A stretch of DNA of 64,000 nt from an uncultured delta proteobacterium. Lineage in GTDB: Bacteria; Myxococcota_A; UBA9160; SMWR01. The notes under the pieces are model-generated. The model searched no databases. It was not told the DNA's origin and was given only the letters and a program-made list of their open reading frames with translations. The stretch's first letter is position 1; every line of letters begins with the position of its first letter. A program made the translations under genes and the position numbers. Where the stretch lies: positions 32,001 through 96,000 of the forward strand of contig CAWHTE010000007.1 in NCBI GenBank assembly GCA_963832165.1. The letters are read 5' to 3'. Positions 9,451 to 19,728 of this stretch are shown one piece after another.

Positions 9451-11487
9451 TCACGCGCGGCCCTCGTAGAACATCCGGCGCAGCAGCTTGTGCACGGGGT
9501 GGTCGCGGCGCACTCTCAGCTCGTCAGCAAGCGACTCGGTGCCGAGCGTCGCCTTGAACAGTGGCAGCGCCTGCGTACGCGCTTCGATCTGTTTCTCGAT
9601 GCGCACGAGGTTCGTGGTCGCCTGCGCGATGCGCGCGTCGAGCTCCTCGACCTCGCTCGGGTCGACCCCCGAGTGCCCCTCGTCGCTCGCGCCGGGATCG
9701 CGCGCGGCAGGCGGCGCGGATACGGAGCGCCCCAGCGTCGCGCGCTGCTTGTTCAGCGCGTCGAGCTGCTTCTTCGCTTCCTCGCGGCGCGCGCGCAGCT
9801 CGCCGAGGCCGCCACCGAGCTTGTCCGCCGTCTCCTGCTCGGCGAATCCGAGGTAGACGAGCACCTGACTGTCGGAGAGCGCCTGGCGCATCACGGAGAT
9901 CGACTTGTATCCCGGCTCCTTGCCCTGGATCCACGCGTCGATCGCGCGCGACGTCGAGACTCTCTCCGCGACGGGCCGCGCCAGCTCGAGGTAGTCGCTC
10001 TCGCGCCCGACCCGCTCGAGCGAGGCGGACAGCGCGGGCCACAGCTGGCGATCGAACGGGAACAGGCGCAGCGCGGCGACGTAGCGCTGCGCAGACTGCT
10101 CCAGCTCGGCGCGAGACAGCGTCCCGCCCGCAAAACTCTGCAGCGCGTCGCCGTAGCCGCGCGCCGCCTCGTACGCGGCGAAGTACGCCGAGTCGGGCAC
10201 CGTGTCGCGGTTCTCGGCCGTCGCGACCTTCTGGAAGAACGCGAGGTAGCGCGCGTAGAGCCGCGCGGCGTCGTGCGCGTAGCCGTCGGCGAGGTGCGGC
10301 TTCCGGCTCGCGCGCGTGAGGTAGTAATCCGCGGCGTTGAGACTCGTCTCCTGGATCTCCTCCCAGAGCCCGCGCATCGCCGCGAGGTAGACGTCGCGCG
10401 AGCGATAGCCCTGCGCGGCCGGTTCGCGCTCGCTCTCGACGAGCTCTCCGTAGACCTCGATCGCCTCCTCGATGCCGAACGGGATCTCGATCTCCGGATC
10501 CACGCCGAGCCGCTGCTTGGCCGCGTACACCTCGCCGATCTGGCGCAGCACGCGCGTATGGACCGCGGCCTTGCCCTGCAGCGTCACGGCCTGGGCAAGC
10601 GCGGCCTGATAGGCGCCGCCGGACACGCGCAGCGCCTTCAGCGTCTCGGAGTCGAAGCCCTTCTCGGCCAGCAGCGCGCGCGCTGCGTCGTGATACTTGC
10701 TGGCCTCGTACAACGCGAGCGTGAACGAGAGGCTGCCCGAGTCCGACTCGCTGCCGTCGAGCCGCGTGAGGATGCGGCGCACGTAGTCACGCGCGGAGAG
10801 TTCGGGCGGGATCACGTCGGGGTGCGCGCCGACCCGGCCGTCCGCGAGCATGCGCACGATCGCCGCGAGCGGGTCGAGCCCGTCGTGCATGCCCAGCTGC
10901 TGGCTGCGAATCAGGATCAGGCGCGCGATGTTCTCGTAGAGATAGGGCAGCGCCGACACGAAGCCCGAGCGCGGAGCGTCGGACAGCGAAAGCGTCTGCA
11001 GCGTGTCGTACGGGGTTTCGAGCGGCACGATCACGTGCAGCCACAGATCGAGCATCTCGCCGACGAAATCGAAGCGCTGGCCGCGCTCGAGTGCTCGCTG
11101 CGCGAGGATGTAGTGATACCAGTAGCCGTTCTCGTTGCGCTCGAGCCGACCGGACAGCGTCTGGATCGACTCGACGCTCTTGGCGAGCTGGCTGCCGTCG
11201 CCCGTCGAGAGGTAGAGCAGGAGCCGCGCGATCGCCGCGCGGCGCACCACCGTGTCGGCATCGGCGGCTGCCTTCACCGCGGACGAGCCGAGCGACACCG
11301 AGACGTAGTCTTCGAGCTTGATACCCGCTTCCTTGCCGTACTGCGCGAGGCGCGTGCGCAGTGCCTCGGGTTCCGCGGAGCAGTACACGTAGGCGTAGTC
11401 GAGGTAGCCCGACCACTCGGACTCTGCGGCTCCCACCGGGAGCGCAGAGATCAACAGCGATAGCGCGGCCAGGATTCCGGCCTTCAT
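9451..11487 (-). CDS. Large secreted, apparently alpha-helical hypothetical protein (678 aa)
   Basis: Clear Sec signal peptide (MKAGILAALSLLISALPVGA), helical-repeat-like composition and C-terminal coiled coil; ATGA overlap with the upstream gene. Confidence 0.8.
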   Translation of the reverse strand: MKAGILAALSLLISALPVGAAESEWSGYLDYAYVYCSAEPEALRTRLAQYGKEAGIKLEDYVSVSLGSSAVKAAADADTVVRRAAIARLLLYLSTGDGSQLAKSVESIQTLSGRLERNENGYWYHYILAQRALERGQRFDFVGEMLDLWLHVIVPLETPYDTLQTLSLSDAPRSGFVSALPYLYENIARLILIRSQQLGMHDGLDPLAAIVRMLADGRVGAHPDVIPPELSARDYVRRILTRLDGSESDSGSLSFTLALYEASKYHDAARALLAEKGFDSETLKALRVSGGAYQAALAQAVTLQGKAAVHTRVLRQIGEVYAAKQRLGVDPEIEIPFGIEEAIEVYGELVESEREPAAQGYRSRDVYLAAMRGLWEEIQETSLNAADYYLTRASRKPHLADGYAHDAARLYARYLAFFQKVATAENRDTVPDSAYFAAYEAARGYGDALQSFAGGTLSRAELEQSAQRYVAALRLFPFDRQLWPALSASLERVGRESDYLELARPVAERVSTSRAIDAWIQGKEPGYKSISVMRQALSDSQVLVYLGFAEQETADKLGGGLGELRARREEAKKQLDALNKQRATLGRSVSAPPAARDPGASDEGHSGVDPSEVEELDARIAQATTNLVRIEKQIEARTQALPLFKATLGTESLADELRVRRDHPVHKLLRRMFYEGRA

Positions 11488-12555
11488 CTACGGCTCCTCG
11501 GGGGTAGGCTGGCGAGGCAATCGAGCGCGAGCGTGAGCACCTCACAGCGGTCTCCAGACCGCTGCCCAGGTGCCTGTTCGATGGACATCAGGAACGCGTT
11601 CACATTCTTGGTCTCGACAAAATGGAATCGGCCGACCGGGCTCTCACATAGAGAGGCATTTCGCGCCGCGGCGACGGTCTTTTGCACGAGCGCGCGCTCA
11701 CGCGCGTCGCTCACGCACGGGAGCAGCTCGGAGAGCGCTACACCGCGCAGTCCCGGGCGCCGGGCGGGGACCGGATTCTCGGCCAGCGCGGCCGGGCGCG
11801 CCGAGCGCGCGGGCGCCGGTGGGGTCGCCCTGGGGCGAGGGACCGGCGCGGCGGCCGCTAGCTCGGGCCGCGGAGGCACCACGCGGTCGATCCCCGCAGG
11901 CGGCGGCGCGCGGCCGTGCCGCGCGGGCGGGGAGCGCGGGCTCGCGACTCGCGGCCACCGTCACGGCGTCGGGCAGCTCGGCGCGCGCGGCCGTTCGGTC
12001 GATCTGCGCCACCGGGGCTCGCACGGAGGACCGGCGGTCGAAGGCCGGCCGCGCCACGCGCGCGGGCATCGGCTCGGGCGGAGCGATCGGGTCCGGTCGG
12101 ATCGGCTCGGGGCGCACGTCGGGACGCGCGGGTCGCGGCGCGGGCCTGGGTGCCGGCGGCGCCGGCTTTGCGACCGGGGGCGGGGGAACGGGCTCCGGCT
12201 TCACGATCGGCTTTGGAGGCGGAGGCGGCTTCGGCAGCTCGACGCGCACGGGCTTCGGCGGCTCGACGGGAACCGGCTTCGGCGGCTCCGGTATGACGAC
12301 CGGCGGCGGCTCGGGCTTCAGGATCTGGAGATGGAGGATCCGCTCCTGGACCGGCGGGACCAAGCTCGCGAGCACGAACAGCGTGGTGATGACCGCCGCG
12401 TGCAGCAGCGCTGCGCCGGTGACGGCAGCGAACGTGCGGCGCTGGTCCTCGGGCTCGCTGTAGCCGGGGTAGGCGACCGCCGCCGCGGGTCGCGCCATCA
12501 CGGCCGCGACCGAGGCGCGGCGGCGCTGACGCCGTCCGCGTCTGCTCGTGGTCAT
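11484..12555 (-). CDS. Membrane-anchored Pro-rich (TonB-like spacer) protein with Cys-containing C-terminal domain; frameshifted near 11900
   Basis: ORF 11698-12555 gives a TM helix (ALLHAAVITTL) and PEPPKP repeats; ORF 11484-11882 continues the Pro-rich tract and ends in a 4-Cys domain abutting the next gene. Confidence 0.65.
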
Positions 12556-13389
12556 CTAGTCGCCTAGCAGCGGCGGCAGCCGCCAGAACCAGACCGACAG
12601 CGACGCCGTGAACTCGTGCGCCTCGGGATCGATCTGGTAGCGGCCGCGATTGATCAGGGCCTGATCGACGAGCTGGGCCTTCACCGAGTCGAGGTCGACG
12701 AAGCGCCAGCCGAGGCTGAGCTTCACATGGTCGTTCAGGTCATACCCGATGCCGGCGAGGGCCTGCCACGCGAACCGCTGCTCCTCGTCGTTTCCGGCCA
12801 GAACGCCCGTGCTCACGGCCAGCTCGGTATTGCCAAGGCCCGCGCCGCCGCCCATATAAAGCGTGAACGGCTCGAGAAACGGAACCCGGCCGTACATCGC
12901 TCGCACCGGGGTATGGATCGGCACGTCGATGCGCAGGTTGCCCATCAGCGTCCACGACTTCACGTCGGAGCGGTAGGAATCGAGTGGGTTGAAGCTCGGC
13001 GTGGTCAGCTCGGCATCGCGACCGCGCAGGTGCTCGACCTCGGCGCGCACGCTCCAGTCGGGAAACTGGAACTCGTCTCCCTCACGGAAGCGCAGCTCGC
13101 GGCCCGGCCAGTAGGGAACGCCGAACCCGGGCATCCGCATCTTCCAGGGCAGCGCGGCGTTGAGCGGAAACTGCACGCCGAGTGCTCCGCCGTAGACCGG
13201 TGAGGAGTCATCGCTCGTCCCCACGTCTCGGCTCGGGACGACGTCGTTCACACCCACCCCGCGACCCTCGTACCACGAGATGCCGAGATCGCCGGCGAGG
13301 TAGAGCTCGGTGCCGCGCGCGGGGGAGACGGCCGCGAGCGCGGCCGCGACCGCGAGCGGGGCGAGCTGGGTGAATCGGACGCTGCGCAT
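12556..13389 (-). CDS. Outer-membrane beta-barrel protein (8-stranded, OmpW/opacity-like)
   Basis: Signal peptide and alternating beta strands: LYLAGDLG, PFTLYMGGGAGLG, FAWQALAGIGYDL, LSLGWRFVDL; GGAGGG RBS. Confidence 0.8.
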   Translation of the reverse strand: MRSVRFTQLAPLAVAAALAAVSPARGTELYLAGDLGISWYEGRGVGVNDVVPSRDVGTSDDSSPVYGGALGVQFPLNAALPWKMRMPGFGVPYWPGRELRFREGDEFQFPDWSVRAEVEHLRGRDAELTTPSFNPLDSYRSDVKSWTLMGNLRIDVPIHTPVRAMYGRVPFLEPFTLYMGGGAGLGNTELAVSTGVLAGNDEEQRFAWQALAGIGYDLNDHVKLSLGWRFVDLDSVKAQLVDQALINRGRYQIDPEAHEFTASLSVWFWRLPPLLGD

Positions 13390-13459
13390 TCTCCCTCCGT
13401 TCTTCCGGCGGGTTGCCGGTGGAGTCATCGGCTATTCGCGCCGAAGTACTGACCCCTCG

Positions 13460-13473
13460 GTGATCGCCGTCAC
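13460..13473. promoter_or_regulatory. CRP/FNR-family-type box GTGA-N6-TCAC
   Basis: GTGA-tcgccg-TCAC about 70 bp upstream of the beta-barrel gene start. Confidence 0.4.
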
Positions 13474-14468
13474 TCTTCCGACACGGAGCGTCGCGGAGCG
13501 CGCTCTCTTCCAGCGGGAGTCGTGCGACCTCGCCGGCCGCCGCGCGCGCGACGCGTCCGCGGAGCGCGCGGGGCCGCAGCGAGCCGGCACTCGATCTCGC
13601 CGCCGTGCGCCTGTCGGGTGTGAGGGAGGCCGAGCCCGTCGAGCCACGCGCGGGCTCCCTCGCCCTGGAGCAGCGCGACCGTCGATGCGCTGCCCGCGAT
13701 CAGGCAACACGATGCGAACACGGTGACGCTCGCGAGGCCAGCCACCGGCCAGCCCGTGCGCGGATCGAGGATGTGTCCGTAGCGGACGCCGTCGACCACC
13801 ATGCAGCGCTCGTAGTCGCCGCTCGTGGCGACGCCGCCCGCGTACACGGGCACTGTCAGCGCCGCGCGCTCGGCGTGTCGCGCGTCGCGGATCCCGACGA
13901 TCCACGGCTGTCCGTCCGGGTGGGGGCCGACGATCGCGAGATCGCCGCCGAGATCGACGAGCCCCGCGCGGCATCTCATGCCTCGCAGCAGTGCGGCGAC
14001 GCGGTCCGCCGCATACTCCTTCACGTAGCCGCCCAGATCGAGCTCCATGCCCGCGATCGGCAGCGCGATGCGACTGCCCGACCAGTGCACCTTCTGCCAG
14101 CCGACGCGCGGCAGGAGCTCGGCGATCTGCGCCGGGTCGGGCAAGCGGCCGGAGCGGAGGTCCCAGGCGCGGCGCAGGATGCCGGACGTGACGTCGAACA
14201 GGCCGCGACTCTGCGCGTGGCACGTGGCAGCGTAATCGAGCAGCGCCGCGGTCTCGCCGTCGACCGCGACACCGCTGGCATCGCCCGCGCTCGCGTTGAT
14301 GCGCGAGAGCAGACTGTCGGCGCGGTAGCGCGAGTACTTCTGCTCGAGCCGTTCGATCTCGCCGCGCGCGCTCGCCGTCCAGGCGCGCGCCTCGAGCGGC
14401 GACTCCGCGTAGATCTGGAGCTCGCACGGACACCCCATCGCCTTGAAGCGAAAGCGGTGGAGCGCCAT
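13470..14468 (-). CDS. apbE: FAD:protein FMN transferase ApbE
   Basis: FKAMG, LFDVTSG, MELDLGGYVKEYAAD, VDLGGD, VATSGDYER and HILDPRTGWP. The last ~35 residues look aberrant, so the true stop may be earlier. Confidence 0.95.
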   Translation of the reverse strand: MALHRFRFKAMGCPCELQIYAESPLEARAWTASARGEIERLEQKYSRYRADSLLSRINASAGDASGVAVDGETAALLDYAATCHAQSRGLFDVTSGILRRAWDLRSGRLPDPAQIAELLPRVGWQKVHWSGSRIALPIAGMELDLGGYVKEYAADRVAALLRGMRCRAGLVDLGGDLAIVGPHPDGQPWIVGIRDARHAERAALTVPVYAGGVATSGDYERCMVVDGVRYGHILDPRTGWPVAGLASVTVFASCCLIAGSASTVALLQGEGARAWLDGLGLPHTRQAHGGEIECRLAAAPRAPRTRRARGGRRGRTTPAGRERAPRRSVSEE

Positions 14469-15737
14469 CTAGAACCGCAGCCGGAGGCCGAGCGTGTAGA
14501 GGTTGTACGAGACGACGCCGGGGTTCTCGACGTCGACCGACTCGAGGGCGATGTCGGAGTCGCTCTCGTAGCGCGAGAACGCCCCGTCGATCGCCCAAGC
14601 GAGGTTCCAGACCTCGAACGGCCACTCGACCCGGACGCCACCGGACCACGCGCCGAACGGCGACAGGCGATAGTCGCTCGACCGGAGGCCGTCGCTGCGC
14701 GGCGCGGCGTAGAACGGCGCGTAGAAGTCCGCCTGGCCCTGCGAGTAGTAGCGGAACGAGGGGACGATCAGCAGGCGGTCGAACAGCGTCTGATGCCAGG
14801 CGAGCTCGAACGTGTGCGAGATCATGTCCCAGTCGTCGGCGTAGAGCTGATAGTCGAAGTGCAGCGAGGCCTCGGCCGACCGGAAGTGATGGCGGAAGCG
14901 TGTTCGCCAGGCCAGCTGGTGGCGCTCGTCGGGGCGCTCATCGGTCTCCGGGACGCCGGCCACGAACGAGAGCTTGTACGGATCGGAGAGGAATCCGTGC
15001 TGGTATTGATAGGTGAGCGACGTCTGCGCGATCGTTGCACCGCCGAGCACCTGGCTCAGGCCGAGCGTCCCGTTGTAGCTCTGCTTGTGCTCCTCGTCGG
15101 GCCGCGTCGGGAATTTGTGGGTGTCGGTCGGCGTGATGCGGTCGAACGATGCGCCGAACGAGCCAGAGAGCGTGGTGTTGCCCTCGTTGAACTGGCGCTC
15201 GCCTCCGAGGCTGCCGTTGAACGCCAGATAGTCGTTTTCGAGCGAGACACCCCCACCGAGGCTCGCTTTGCCGCGATCGAAGTAGTAGTCGCCCGAGAGC
15301 AGCGCGTCGGTGCGCTGCTCGTCGACCGTGGCCTGGGTCATCACCTGCTGCGGCTCTCCGTCGGGGCCGGGCGTGATGTACCACGGGGTCGCGCCGCTCA
15401 TCGCCTCGTGCGACAGGTCGAGTCCGATCCCGATCCGATCGGTCAGGCCGGCATCGACGCGGAACTGGTGGATGTCGATCTCGTAGCGGCTGTTGTCGCC
15501 CGAGACGACCTTCCGGGAGGAAAGCGAGTCCTCCTGGTAGTTCGAATAGTGATAGTCGGTGCGGATGTCGGTCGGCGGCGCATCGGCAGCCGCGGGCAGT
15601 GCGAAGCCGTGCAGGGCGACCGCGCTCGTGCTGAGCGCGCGCAAGAAGGCGTTCGGCCGCCGCGCGAGCCGGCGGCGATGGCGGCGCCGCTCGCGCGCGC
15701 GCTGCTGCGCGGCCCGGCTCGCGCGCTTGCACCTCAC
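14469..15737 (-). CDS. DUF3570-family outer-membrane protein with SGAT flavinylation motif
   Basis: YSNYQE, EAMSGATPW, SLENDY, GFLSDPYK, RPDER, YADDW and SSDYRLSPF; C-terminal LGLRLRF (Bam signal); lies between apbE and DUF4266. Confidence 0.88.
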   Translation of the reverse strand: MRCKRASRAAQQRARERRRHRRRLARRPNAFLRALSTSAVALHGFALPAAADAPPTDIRTDYHYSNYQEDSLSSRKVVSGDNSRYEIDIHQFRVDAGLTDRIGIGLDLSHEAMSGATPWYITPGPDGEPQQVMTQATVDEQRTDALLSGDYYFDRGKASLGGGVSLENDYLAFNGSLGGERQFNEGNTTLSGSFGASFDRITPTDTHKFPTRPDEEHKQSYNGTLGLSQVLGGATIAQTSLTYQYQHGFLSDPYKLSFVAGVPETDERPDERHQLAWRTRFRHHFRSAEASLHFDYQLYADDWDMISHTFELAWHQTLFDRLLIVPSFRYYSQGQADFYAPFYAAPRSDGLRSSDYRLSPFGAWSGGVRVEWPFEVWNLAWAIDGAFSRYESDSDIALESVDVENPGVVSYNLYTLGLRLRF

Positions 15738-15768
15738 CGGTCATTCCCTTCGCGGCGGCGCGCGGCGC

Positions 15769-15984
15769 TCAGTTGCAGCCGCATCCGCCACCTCCGGCAC
15801 CGCCGCCAATCAGCGAGCCCTCTTTGCTGAAGTGGATGTGGTCCGCGAGCTCGGCGCCGTGCGGATCGGGCCGCCAGGCCATATCGGGGCGCGAGAGCAC
15901 GTCGCGCTCCCACGGGCGCACCCCTGCGCATCCGAGGCACGCGAGTGTGAGCAGCAGAAGGGGAAGACCGAGCCTGGCGCCCAT
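15769..15984 (-). CDS. DUF4266-family small lipoprotein
   Basis: Lipobox CLGC, VRPWERDVL and C-terminal HIHFSKEGSLIGGGAGGGGCGCN. Confidence 0.92.
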   Translation of the reverse strand: MGARLGLPLLLLTLACLGCAGVRPWERDVLSRPDMAWRPDPHGAELADHIHFSKEGSLIGGGAGGGGCGCN

Positions 15985-15991
15985 GTCGCGC

Positions 15992-16498
15992 CTATCGGCG
16001 GTCCGCCACGAGTTGCTGAATCATCTTGCGCAACGCATCGACATCGCTGTGCCGGAAGCCGCGCTGTACGTGGTGGACGACACCCGCGCGGTCGATCAGG
16101 AACGAGGTGGGCATCGACTCGACGCCGAAGCGCAACGGCAGCGCACCGGCGGGATCCTGCGCGCTCGGATAGCCGATGGGCCGCTTGGCCAGGAACGCCT
16201 TCGCGAGCTTGGGCTCGCGGTCGACGTTCACGGCGATGACCTGGAAGTCCTTCGCCGCGAACTCCTGGCGCAGCTCGTCGAGAGCGGGGAGCGCCTGCGC
16301 GCACGGCCCGCACCAGGACGCCCAGAAGTCGAGATAGACGACCTTTCCGCGATGCGCGTTCAGCGAGACGGTGCCCCCCGCGACGCCGGGCGCCGAGAAG
16401 TCGGGGACCTTGTCGCCCTGCTCGAGCGCGGTGGCGGATACCGCGAGCACGGCCGACAGGGCCGCAGCTGCAGCGAATGTCCGGATGCGCGCGGTCAT
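15992..16498 (-). CDS. TlpA/ResA-family periplasmic thiol-disulfide oxidoreductase
   Basis: Signal peptide, GKVVYLDFWASWCGPC and MPTSFLID. Confidence 0.93.
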   Translation of the reverse strand: MTARIRTFAAAAALSAVLAVSATALEQGDKVPDFSAPGVAGGTVSLNAHRGKVVYLDFWASWCGPCAQALPALDELRQEFAAKDFQVIAVNVDREPKLAKAFLAKRPIGYPSAQDPAGALPLRFGVESMPTSFLIDRAGVVHHVQRGFRHSDVDALRKMIQQLVADRR

Positions 16499-16566
16499 CG
16501 TTCCAGCCTCCGAGCCGTGGTTCGTACACGCATCGCGGTCTGCGACCGCCCGCTTCGTGAGCGGGG

Positions 16567-18378
16567 TCACCGAGTCGCCACGGGCGCGGGCGCGGCGTCG
16601 CGCAGCGCGGTGAGCAACACGTCCGCAGAGAGCAGCTCGGGCAGCAGGCGTGGTCGCGCGGGATCCGCAGCCGTGTACACGGCGTAGGCGGGCACGCCGG
16701 CCTTGCCCAACGCGGCGAGTGCCGCGCCGATCGCCGCGTCGCGTCGCGTCCAGTCGGCGCGGTAGACGTCGTAGCCGCCGCGCGCGAGCTCGGGCTCGAT
16801 CCGGCGATCGGCAAGCGCGCGCTCGTTCACCTTGCAGGTGACGCACCAGTCGGCCGTGAAGTAGACGAAGACGGGATGTCCGGCGGCGAGGCTTTCGCGG
16901 ACCGCGTCCGCCGAGAACGCGCGCGCACGCGCGATCGGAGCAGCCGGCTCCGCGGGTGTGCCGGGCTCGAGATGGAACGTCACGATCCCGGGCGCGGCGA
17001 TCGCGCCGAGCACGAGCGCGATCGCGATGCCCGAGAGTGAGCGCCCGCGGCGCTGCGCGAACCCGAGCGTCCAGCTCGCCGCGGCGATCGCGAGCAGCAG
17101 CACAAGCGCCGGTGCGATCGCGTCCGGGCCGGACACGCGGCCGAGGATCCAGAGCAGCCAGATCACCGTGAGCAGGAGCGCGAAGCCGAGCACCGCGCGC
17201 AGGTCGGCCATCCATGGGCCCGAGCGCGGAATGCGGCGCGCGATCGCGGGTGAGCCCGCGGCGAGCAGGAACGGCGACGCGAGTCCGAGCCCGATCGAGA
17301 GGAAGATCGCGGCGATGATCGGCGCGGGGCTCGCGAACGCAAAGCCGACCGCCGTGCCGAGGAACGGCGCCGAGCACGGCGTGGCGAGCGCGACCGCGAG
17401 CAGCCCGTCGAAGAAGCTGCGCGCGGCGCCGGGCGCACGGCTGCCGAGCGCGCCGATCCGCGACACATCCACCGCGATCTCGAACGCCCCGAACAGATTC
17501 GCCGCGAACGCGACCAGCAGCGCGCAGATCGCCACGACGAACACGGGCTCCTGGAGCTGGAAGCCCCAGCCCACCGAGGTCCCTGCGCCGCGCAGCACCA
17601 CAACGACCGCCGCGAGCGCGAGCATCGAGAGCGCGATCCCGGCCGCATACGCCGCAGCGTGCCGGATCTGCTCGCGGCGCGAGCGCTGCGCGAGCTCCGC
17701 GAGCGCCGCGAGCTTGATCGCGAGCACCGGCAGCACGCAGGGCATCAGGTTCAGCACGAGCCCGCCGAGCCAGCCGAGCGCGATCGCGCCGAGCCACGAG
17801 ACGGTTGCGGGCGCCGGCGCAAGGGGCGATGGGGGATCCGCCTGCTCGCGCGAAGCGCCCGCAAGGCGCGCGCGGTCGGCCGCATTCGGCGCGCTGGCGT
17901 CGAGCGGCGTCGCGAGCTCGAAATGGGCGGGCAGACACAGGTGGGCGCACACGAGTGCGTCGACGCTCACGGCGAGTGCCGGTGCGCCGGGCGGCAGCTC
18001 TGCATCGGTCGCGAGCAGCACGGGACCGTCGTAGCCGAAGCTCTCGATGCCGCTGCTCGCGTCGAAGAATCGGATCGCCGGCGGCCACTCGAGCTCGCCG
18101 AAGCGCGCCCCCGCGAGCTGCCAGTCGATTCGCGGCGGCAGACCGACCTCGCCGGGATCGCGGCCGTACAGGTGCCAGCCCGCGTCGGGCACGAGCTCCA
18201 CGCCGACGCGCCAGCGCGCCTCGCCTCGCGGATCCACGCGCACGCGCGCGAGCAGGCGCGGCTCGCCGCCGTCCAGGGCGCCTTCCGCCTCGCGCGGCTG
18301 CGCGCTCGCGAGCAGCGGAAGCGCGAGCGCGAGCGCGAGCGCGATTGCCAGACGGTGCGGGTGCGCAGGGGGCGACAT
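16567..18378 (-). CDS. dsbD: Protein-disulfide reductase, DsbD family (N-domain, TM domain, thioredoxin)
   Basis: GWHLY and ALVCAHLCLP (N-domain); LNLMPCVLPVL and ATPCSAPF (TM Cys pair); FTADWCVTC (thioredoxin). Confidence 0.92.
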   Translation of the reverse strand: MSPPAHPHRLAIALALALALPLLASAQPREAEGALDGGEPRLLARVRVDPRGEARWRVGVELVPDAGWHLYGRDPGEVGLPPRIDWQLAGARFGELEWPPAIRFFDASSGIESFGYDGPVLLATDAELPPGAPALAVSVDALVCAHLCLPAHFELATPLDASAPNAADRARLAGASREQADPPSPLAPAPATVSWLGAIALGWLGGLVLNLMPCVLPVLAIKLAALAELAQRSRREQIRHAAAYAAGIALSMLALAAVVVVLRGAGTSVGWGFQLQEPVFVVAICALLVAFAANLFGAFEIAVDVSRIGALGSRAPGAARSFFDGLLAVALATPCSAPFLGTAVGFAFASPAPIIAAIFLSIGLGLASPFLLAAGSPAIARRIPRSGPWMADLRAVLGFALLLTVIWLLWILGRVSGPDAIAPALVLLLAIAAASWTLGFAQRRGRSLSGIAIALVLGAIAAPGIVTFHLEPGTPAEPAAPIARARAFSADAVRESLAAGHPVFVYFTADWCVTCKVNERALADRRIEPELARGGYDVYRADWTRRDAAIGAALAALGKAGVPAYAVYTAADPARPRLLPELLSADVLLTALRDAAPAPVATR

Positions 18379-18452
18379 GGCCGGACCTGCTCTCATCGGC
18401 TCGCGCAGCACACGGATTGAACCCGTGCACCCGGGGCATTATTTCCCGTTAG

Positions 18453-18470
18453 TCGTGACGAGCGTCACGA
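18453..18470. promoter_or_regulatory. Perfect palindrome TCGTGACG-AG-CGTCACGA (CRP-type GTGA-N6-TCAC)
   Basis: Located in the divergent intergenic gap between dsbD and the cytochrome-like operon. Confidence 0.6.
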
Positions 18471-18538
18471 TTCGCGCCTGCCGCGGGCCCGAACTGCTCT
18501 TGGTTGGCCGAGGTGAGGGCCTCGCGTCGAGGAGACCG

Positions 18539-19726
18539 ATGAAGGCCCGCACCGTCCTACGGGTCCTGCTGGTGGTGATGCTCGCGGCGCTCGCGGCGCC
18601 CGCGCATGCGGACGCGCGGGATCGCGCGAAGCGCATGTATGACCGCCTGGTCGGCGTGCCGCCCAGCGAGGCGCAGCTCGTCACCATGACCGCGCGGATC
18701 GGCACGGCCCCGACCCACGAGCAGCTGCTCGATGCGGCGATGATCGCGATCGGCTCGCGCGACTTCTACAACGTCTCGCTGGTCAACTTCGTCACGCCGT
18801 GGACCAACGCCGAGCAGACCGTATTCGCGGACCTGAACGATTACACCGCCACGGTAATCGGGATGATCCGCGACGGCGTTCCGTTCGACCAGGTGCTCAC
18901 CGCCGACCTCGTCTACGTCGCGGCGCCCGGCCTCGTGCCGACGCCCTATCAGCAAACGAGCAATCAGCACTACATCGAGATCCAGTCGATGGGTGTCGAC
19001 CTCTCGAACCCGGCGCAGCTCATGGCTGTTCCGCAGTCTTCGTTGCCGGGCTCGCAGATCGGCGCGGACGATGCGGCTGGCGTCGTGACGACGCGCGCAG
19101 CGGGCGAGGCATTCTTCAGCGCGGGCACGAACCGCCGCATGTGGCGCTTCACGGCCATGAACTTCCTGTGCCGCGACATGGAGGCCCTCAAGGACACGAG
19201 CCGCCCCGCGGACCGGATCCGCCAGGACGTGAACCGAAGCCCGGGCGGCGACAGCGAGATCTTCCACACCCAATGCGTCGGCTGTCATTCGGGGATGGAT
19301 GCGGTCTCGGGCGCCTACGCCTACTTCGAGTGGGACGCCGCGCAGGGGCGCACCGTCCACATGCCCGGCCAGGTGCAGGGTAAGTACGCGATCAACACGG
19401 GCGTCTTCCCGGGCGGACACCTCACCACCGACAACAGCTGGATCAATCTCTGGCGCGAGGGCCAGAACGCCGCACTCGGGTGGAACGAGAGCGAGACTGG
19501 TCGGGGATTCGGCGCGAAGGGGCTCGGCGCCGAGGTGGCGCACAGCCGCGCGTTCGCAGATTGCCAGGTGCAGAAGGCCTTCGCGCACGTCTGCTTCCGA
19601 CCGCCGCGCGACGCCGCAGACGCCGCCGCGATCCAGGCCATCGCGACCGAGTTCGAGCGCAACGGCCGCTACGACATGCGCCAGGTGTTCGCCGAGGTCG
19701 CGATCCACTGCACGGAGGGCGAATAG
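18539..19726 (+). CDS. Secreted hypothetical protein with a single CxxCH (putative monoheme c-type cytochrome)
   Basis: Signal peptide, AGTNRRM, IRQDVNRSPGGDS and CVGCH; AGGAG RBS. Confidence 0.8.
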   Translation: MKARTVLRVLLVVMLAALAAPAHADARDRAKRMYDRLVGVPPSEAQLVTMTARIGTAPTHEQLLDAAMIAIGSRDFYNVSLVNFVTPWTNAEQTVFADLNDYTATVIGMIRDGVPFDQVLTADLVYVAAPGLVPTPYQQTSNQHYIEIQSMGVDLSNPAQLMAVPQSSLPGSQIGADDAAGVVTTRAAGEAFFSAGTNRRMWRFTAMNFLCRDMEALKDTSRPADRIRQDVNRSPGGDSEIFHTQCVGCHSGMDAVSGAYAYFEWDAAQGRTVHMPGQVQGKYAINTGVFPGGHLTTDNSWINLWREGQNAALGWNESETGRGFGAKGLGAEVAHSRAFADCQVQKAFAHVCFRPPRDAADAAAIQAIATEFERNGRYDMRQVFAEVAIHCTEGE

Positions 19727-19728
19727 CC

